Source: an archaeon (GTDB lineage Archaea > EX4484-52 > B79-G9). From it: 12,005 nt of DNA. Positions 7,271-12,005 of this stretch are shown piece after piece; the stretch's first letter is position 1; every line of letters starts with the position of its first letter. A model generated the notes under the pieces. It was not told where the DNA came from. It searched no databases and was given only the letters and a program-made list of their open reading frames with translations. The position numbers were made by a program, and so were the translations under genes. The stretch spans positions 1 to 12,005 of the forward strand of contig JBDRKP010000081.1 of assembly GCA_043813875.1 (NCBI GenBank), in the 5' to 3' direction.

Positions 7271-7609
7271 ATGAAACAAGCAATAATAATCCGCTCCGAC
7301 CTGAAGATGGGCAAAGGAAAAGCAGCAGCTCAAGTAGCCCACGCATCACTCGATGCCTACAAGAACTCACCCTTCATCAGCAAAAAACAGTGGGAACTGA
7401 CCGGCCAGAAAAAAGTGGTCTTAAAAACAGAAGACCTGAAAAGCCTCACAGAGCTCTTCATGCACGCAAAAAGAGAAAAAATACCCTTATCCCTCATAAA
7501 AGACGCAGGCAGGACACAAGTCCCCGCAGGCACCATAACCTGTCTCGCCCTCGGCCCCGCAGAAGACCAGAAAATAGACAGGATCACAAAAGACCTCAAA
7601 CTATACTAA
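7271..7609 (+). CDS. pth2: Peptidyl-tRNA hydrolase, archaeal/eukaryotic Pth2 type
   Basis: MKQAIIIRSDLKMGKGKAAAQVAHAS, GQKKVVLK, DAGRTQVPAGTITCLALGP and IDRITKDLKLY. Start at ATG 7271. Confidence 0.97.
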   Translation: MKQAIIIRSDLKMGKGKAAAQVAHASLDAYKNSPFISKKQWELTGQKKVVLKTEDLKSLTELFMHAKREKIPLSLIKDAGRTQVPAGTITCLALGPAEDQKIDRITKDLKLY

Positions 7610-7631
7610 ACACGCTAAACAGGCGTCTAAA

Positions 7632-8897
7632 ATGATAATCCACGTAACAGACATCATCTTCTGGTTCATATACATAATATCGCTTTACACAACCATATTC
7701 ATAATAATAACGCTCATCGAGCACAAAAAGACTGCGCCCAAAAAACAACAGATATCCCCCCTGCCCCGCGTATCCGTCATCGTCCCTGCCCACAACGAAG
7801 AACAGACAATAAGAGGCACAATAACATCCCTCCTGTCACTCGACTATCCCAGAAAACTGCTGGACATAATAATCGTAAACGACGGCTCGACAGACAACAC
7901 AAGAAAGATAATAGAACAATTCAAAAACAGCCAGATAACAATCATCAACCAGGAAAACCAGGGCAAAGGCGCCGCCTTGAACAACGGCCTGAAAACCGCA
8001 AAAGGCGAACTGGTCGCATGCCTTGACGCAGACTCCTTCGTAGAAAAAGACACATTAAGGCTGATGCTCCCCCACTTCATCGACCCCGAAATATCAGCAG
8101 TATGCCCCATGATGAAAGTAAAGAACCCGAAAAACCTCATCGAAAAATCCCAGTGGCTCGAATATCTCCTATACGCATTCATAAAAATGATAATGGCGCA
8201 GATCCACTGCATAAACGTCACGCCAGGCCCGTTCACCATCTACAGGAAAAAAGCCATCACAGACATAGGCGGATTCGACGAAAAATCAATAGTAGAAGAC
8301 CAGGAAATCGCCTACCGCCTCCAGAAAGCCCACCGCAGGATCGCGCAATCAACACAAGGCAACGTCTACACAGTAAGCCCGAAAACACTAAAAGAGTTAT
8401 ACATCCAGCGCAAGCGCTGGTACAAAGGCACCCTCATCACCTTCTACCAGTACCGCCACATGCTCTTCAACAAAAGATACGGCGACTTCGGCATGTTCCA
8501 GCTGCCGGCACTCGCAGCAGGCATGCTCACACTCCCCCTCGTAGTCCTCCTCTTCCTGAACTACACAATAATCCCATTTACAAAAGACCTCTACCACCTA
8601 TACCTCATAGGCTTCGACATAATGCCATACCTCACCCTCCAAAGATTCAACCTCGGACTATTCCTCACAACAAGATGGCTCTCGACAGACTTCGCCAAAT
8701 TATTTATAGTTATCAGCCTATTCATAATTAGCGTGGCGCTAATGATAAAAGCACACAAAGAGACATACGAAAAGCTAGGCGTAAAAGACATCATCCCTGT
8801 CATATTCTTCTTCATGATATACTACATCATCCTAAGCTTCATGTGGGTCGGCTCCATGATAGAACTCGCCCGCGGCAAAAAAAGCAAATGGTCTTGA
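7632..8897 (+). CDS. Membrane-bound processive GT2 glycosyltransferase (cellulose synthase/PgaC-IcaA-like)
   Basis: N-terminal TM, VSVIVPAHNE, NDGSTD, GKGAALN, DAD, VED, QRKRW (QxxRW) and C-terminal TM helices. Confidence 0.92.
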   Translation: MIIHVTDIIFWFIYIISLYTTIFIIITLIEHKKTAPKKQQISPLPRVSVIVPAHNEEQTIRGTITSLLSLDYPRKLLDIIIVNDGSTDNTRKIIEQFKNSQITIINQENQGKGAALNNGLKTAKGELVACLDADSFVEKDTLRLMLPHFIDPEISAVCPMMKVKNPKNLIEKSQWLEYLLYAFIKMIMAQIHCINVTPGPFTIYRKKAITDIGGFDEKSIVEDQEIAYRLQKAHRRIAQSTQGNVYTVSPKTLKELYIQRKRWYKGTLITFYQYRHMLFNKRYGDFGMFQLPALAAGMLTLPLVVLLFLNYTIIPFTKDLYHLYLIGFDIMPYLTLQRFNLGLFLTTRWLSTDFAKLFIVISLFIISVALMIKAHKETYEKLGVKDIIPVIFFFMIYYIILSFMWVGSMIELARGKKSKWS

Positions 8898-8898
8898 C

Positions 8899-9603
8899 AT
8901 GAGAACACTGAACAAAAACAAATACATCATTGTAGGAATCCTGACAGTCATAATATTCAGCCTCGGCCTGCTCTTAGGAATAGTAGTAAACGAATACAAG
9001 ATAAAATACATGGAACAGGTCGCAAAAGAGCAGGAAGTCGAATTCTCAAGCCTCCAGTTCCAATACCTGTATCTGGACACGCTAAAAGACTACGATCGAT
9101 GCGCAGTCGTCTCAAAGACACTTGAAAACAACTTAAAGACACTCTCCCCCATCCTCGAAGAGCTTGAAAGATACGAACAGGATGGCGACCTAAAAGATCC
9201 CATATACATAACCCTCAAACGGAAATACATCCTCGCCAACTTAAGATACTGGCTGCTCGCACAGGCAAGCAAACAATCATGCCAGAACGAAATCGTGACA
9301 ATATTCTACTTCTACTCCCCGGAATGCAAAAACTGCCCCGACCAGGGCTTCACCCTCACCCACCTGAAACAGATATTCGACGACCGCCTCCTGATATACC
9401 CCATAGACTCCACGTTCGAAAAAGAACCCATGATATCGATACTGAACGCCAAATACAACATCACGCAATACCCCACACTGGTGATAGAAAAAGAGATTCA
9501 TCCGGGCTTCATGTCAAAAGACGAACTGCTAAAAGAGATCTGTAGCCTGTACAATACCCCCCAGCCGGAATGCTCTGAAGTAAGAGACACAGAATCCCCG
9601 TGA
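8899..9603 (+). CDS. Membrane-anchored protein with helical stalk and C-terminal thioredoxin-like CxxC domain
   Basis: N-terminal TM (YIIVGILTVIIFSLGLLLGIVV), FYFYSPECKNCPDQG, YPTLVI (cis-Pro-loop-like) and four extra Cys. Starts 1 nt after the GT2 stop. Confidence 0.8.
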   Translation: MRTLNKNKYIIVGILTVIIFSLGLLLGIVVNEYKIKYMEQVAKEQEVEFSSLQFQYLYLDTLKDYDRCAVVSKTLENNLKTLSPILEELERYEQDGDLKDPIYITLKRKYILANLRYWLLAQASKQSCQNEIVTIFYFYSPECKNCPDQGFTLTHLKQIFDDRLLIYPIDSTFEKEPMISILNAKYNITQYPTLVIEKEIHPGFMSKDELLKEICSLYNTPQPECSEVRDTESP

Positions 9604-9609
9604 TAGACA

Positions 9610-12005
9610 ATGGAAAAATCCAGACAATACATCCTATACATCCTTATTTTTTCACTCGCAATCCGCCTGGCTCTCATATCACTGCCGGTCGAGATATGGT
9701 GGGACGAAGCGACATACATAGGCATCGGAAAATACCTCCTATCTGGCGGAACATCAGGATTCATAGAATACCTGCGCCCGCTCCTGCTCCCGGCAATATT
9801 AGGCATCGCATGGAAAATCAACATAGACCCGATAACCACAGGAAGACTATTTGCAATACTCTCAAGCATCGCAACAATATACATGACATACCTCATCACA
9901 AAAAAGATCGATAACGAAAAATCAGGCATAATAGCAGCCGCAATACTAAGCGTCACCTACTACTTCATCAACTTCTCAACAAAAATCATAACAGACATAC
10001 CATCCATCTTATTCATCCTCATAGCAACCAACGAGCTCCTGAACAAGAATCTCACCAAAAAGAACATAATCACCGCAGGAATCTCGAGCGCCCTCGCAAT
10101 CCTTATGAGATACACATCAATGACACTCATCATTCCCATAATACTAGGCATAACAATAATCAGCCTCAAAAGAAAAGAAAAAGAAAAATACATACAGGCA
10201 ATATCCGATCTGGCGACATTCCTCGCCTCATTCGGGATGACACTGACCCCTTACTTCATATACATGTACATGAAATACAACGACCCATTTTTCTCAATGT
10301 CACAGGCAATGGATGCCGTAAACATCACAAAAATATACTACGGCACATCCATCATAAACATAATACAAGAATTAATCACGCAAAACCCACTGCTAATATT
10401 CTCAATACTCGGAATATACCTTTATGCAAAAAACATAGACAACAAAAAAGCCATAATCCTTGCAGAACTGGCAATGACAGCCATTTCACTCTACGTGATA
10501 CCTATAAAGATACTGCGCTACACCCTCATGATACTCCCTTTCCTATGCATCACAGCCGGCACAGGCATCCACGAGCTCAGCAAGAGAACACAGGCATCAA
10601 AATCAACCGAAAGGTTAAAAAACATCAACATAACCGCCATATTCATAGCAACCCTGGTACTGTTGACAATGATATTAGCATACCAAAACATCGAAACAGA
10701 CACCGTCTCCAAAACATCAAAAGAAACCATCTACAACTATCCTGCAACACACAACATCACAGATCCCATCATAACAAACAACCCGGCAATAGCAGCATAT
10801 ATAGACAACCAGATAATACCCCTCGGATGGCCCGTCTACGCAAAAAAAGCATACCAGGAAAACAAAAAAGACGGCGCCCTCATCCTCATAAGCACATGCG
10901 ATCTTCTCTGCACAGAATCAGACACAGAATGCCAAAACAACAGAAAAGAATTCATAAAACTGATAGAACAGGAAAACAAAAAACTAAAAGAGGCCACAAT
11001 AGACAACTGCACATACACAATATACCAAAGCGGTTTCTATGAAAAAAAAGAGAAACAGGATAAACCAAAAATAAACCCGCTCTGGTGGGACGAAGCAGTA
11101 TACATGGGCCTCGCAGAAAACCTATACATGAACAGGACATACTCATTCAACACAAACGACCAGGAAAAATTCAGGCCCCCCCTCTACCCCGCAATACTTG
11201 CAGCATTATTCCTCATAACAGGTCCAAGCGAAACATCACCCATCCTGCTGAACATAATCATCGCCCTCCTGACAGCGCTCGCCACATACATCCTCGCAAA
11301 AGAGCTCTTCCACGACAAAAAGACATCAATCGCATCAGCAATACTCATCGTCACATCACAGCAATACATATTCTGGTCATCAAAGATCCTGACAGAACCG
11401 CTCGCGATCCTCATGGCAACCCTATCCCTCCTCATATTCACCAGCATAACCAAAAACAAAAAAACAAACCTCTACCCCATTCTCGGATTCATCCTCGCCC
11501 TGTCATTCCTCACAAGATACCCGCTCGGCCTCCTGCCGATATACTTCACAATATATCTCATGGCAACAGACAGGGCCCACATAAAAAAGAACATAAAAAT
11601 GATAGCATACGCTGCAATCATATTCACAGTGACTCTGCTCCCATGGATGTACAACAGCTACACGACATATAATCACCCCTTAGGATCAGCCCTATTCAAC
11701 ATAGAGCAGGTAAATGATCTCTACAAGCCGGACCCGAAAACATATTACATCTCAACATTCTACACATACCTGCCATTCCTCGGTCTCCTCTTCACAGCAG
11801 GAATACTCCTGGCGTTACTCAACAGAAAACCAGCCGCAAAAAAAGATCAATACTTCCTCATAGGCTGGTTCATGATCGTACTCCTCCTCCTCTCTCTCGG
11901 CATCGGCCAGAAATTCTACAGATACCTGCTGATAGCGCTCCCCTCCATCGCGATAATAGGCGCAAGAACACTGTCAACAATATCAGAAAAAATAACAAAA
12001 AAACA
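9610..12005 (+). CDS. Tandem double GT-C glycosyltransferase (ArnT/PMT_2, GT39/GT83-like); 3' end outside the window
   Basis: Manually translated from ATG 9610 (MEKSRQYILYILIFSLAIRLAL...), with no stop through 12003 (>=798 codons). Two WWDEA.Y motifs at 9697 and 11083, each followed by a multi-TM body with RP, TD/TE, RY and K..RY...LP motifs. Presumably absent from the ORF track because it has no stop in the window. Confidence 0.9.
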   Translation, partial: MEKSRQYILYILIFSLAIRLALISLPVEIWWDEATYIGIGKYLLSGGTSGFIEYLRPLLLPAILGIAWKINIDPITTGRLFAILSSIATIYMTYLITKKIDNEKSGIIAAAILSVTYYFINFSTKIITDIPSILFILIATNELLNKNLTKKNIITAGISSALAILMRYTSMTLIIPIILGITIISLKRKEKEKYIQAISDLATFLASFGMTLTPYFIYMYMKYNDPFFSMSQAMDAVNITKIYYGTSIINIIQELITQNPLLIFSILGIYLYAKNIDNKKAIILAELAMTAISLYVIPIKILRYTLMILPFLCITAGTGIHELSKRTQASKSTERLKNINITAIFIATLVLLTMILAYQNIETDTVSKTSKETIYNYPATHNITDPIITNNPAIAAYIDNQIIPLGWPVYAKKAYQENKKDGALILISTCDLLCTESDTECQNNRKEFIKLIEQENKKLKEATIDNCTYTIYQSGFYEKKEKQDKPKINPLWWDEAVYMGLAENLYMNRTYSFNTNDQEKFRPPLYPAILAALFLITGPSETSPILLNIIIALLTALATYILAKELFHDKKTSIASAILIVTSQQYIFWSSKILTEPLAILMATLSLLIFTSITKNKKTNLYPILGFILALSFLTRYPLGLLPIYFTIYLMATDRAHIKKNIKMIAYAAIIFTVTLLPWMYNSYTTYNHPLGSALFNIEQVNDLYKPDPKTYYISTFYTYLPFLGLLFTAGILLALLNRKPAAKKDQYFLIGWFMIVLLLLSLGIGQKFYRYLLIALPSIAIIGARTLSTISEKITKK

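Noticed and set aside
11039..11074. Out-of-frame ATG and A8 run at the GT-C junction, as a separate gene start, sequencing error or phase-variation switch
   Set aside because: That frame stops at TAA 11072-11074. No frame supplies a TM1 before the second WWDE, so a stand-alone second gene is implausible. A7-A8 runs are common in this A-rich strand.
9600..11672. Short track ORFs 9600-9914, 10545-11042, 11085-11672 and the antisense ORFs here
   Set aside because: All are alternative frames of the continuous GT-C gene starting at 9610.

Overview
Archaeal chromosomal window. CarS, Pth2, TATA-box promoters and several conserved hypotheticals suggest a DPANN-like lineage (inference). Left: a possible SecB-like hypothetical gene, two convergent winged-helix proteins and a ~1.65-kb AT-rich non-coding tract with clustered short motifs. 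Middle: a phospholipid cluster (carS, a catalytically degenerate CDP-alcohol phosphotransferase homologue, a PHP phosphoesterase divergent from an intact PgsA-like gene) interrupted by an arsR-acr3 arsenite module. Right: a tight plus-strand run of pth2, a processive GT2 glycosyltransferase, a membrane-anchored thioredoxin-like protein and a >=798-aa ORF missing from the supplied track (9610 to beyond the window end). That ORF fuses two GT-C (ArnT/PMT-like) glycosyltransferase modules in one frame. The plus strand is strongly A+C-rich throughout, regardless of gene orientation. All calls come from manual reading and motif recognition; no database searches were run.
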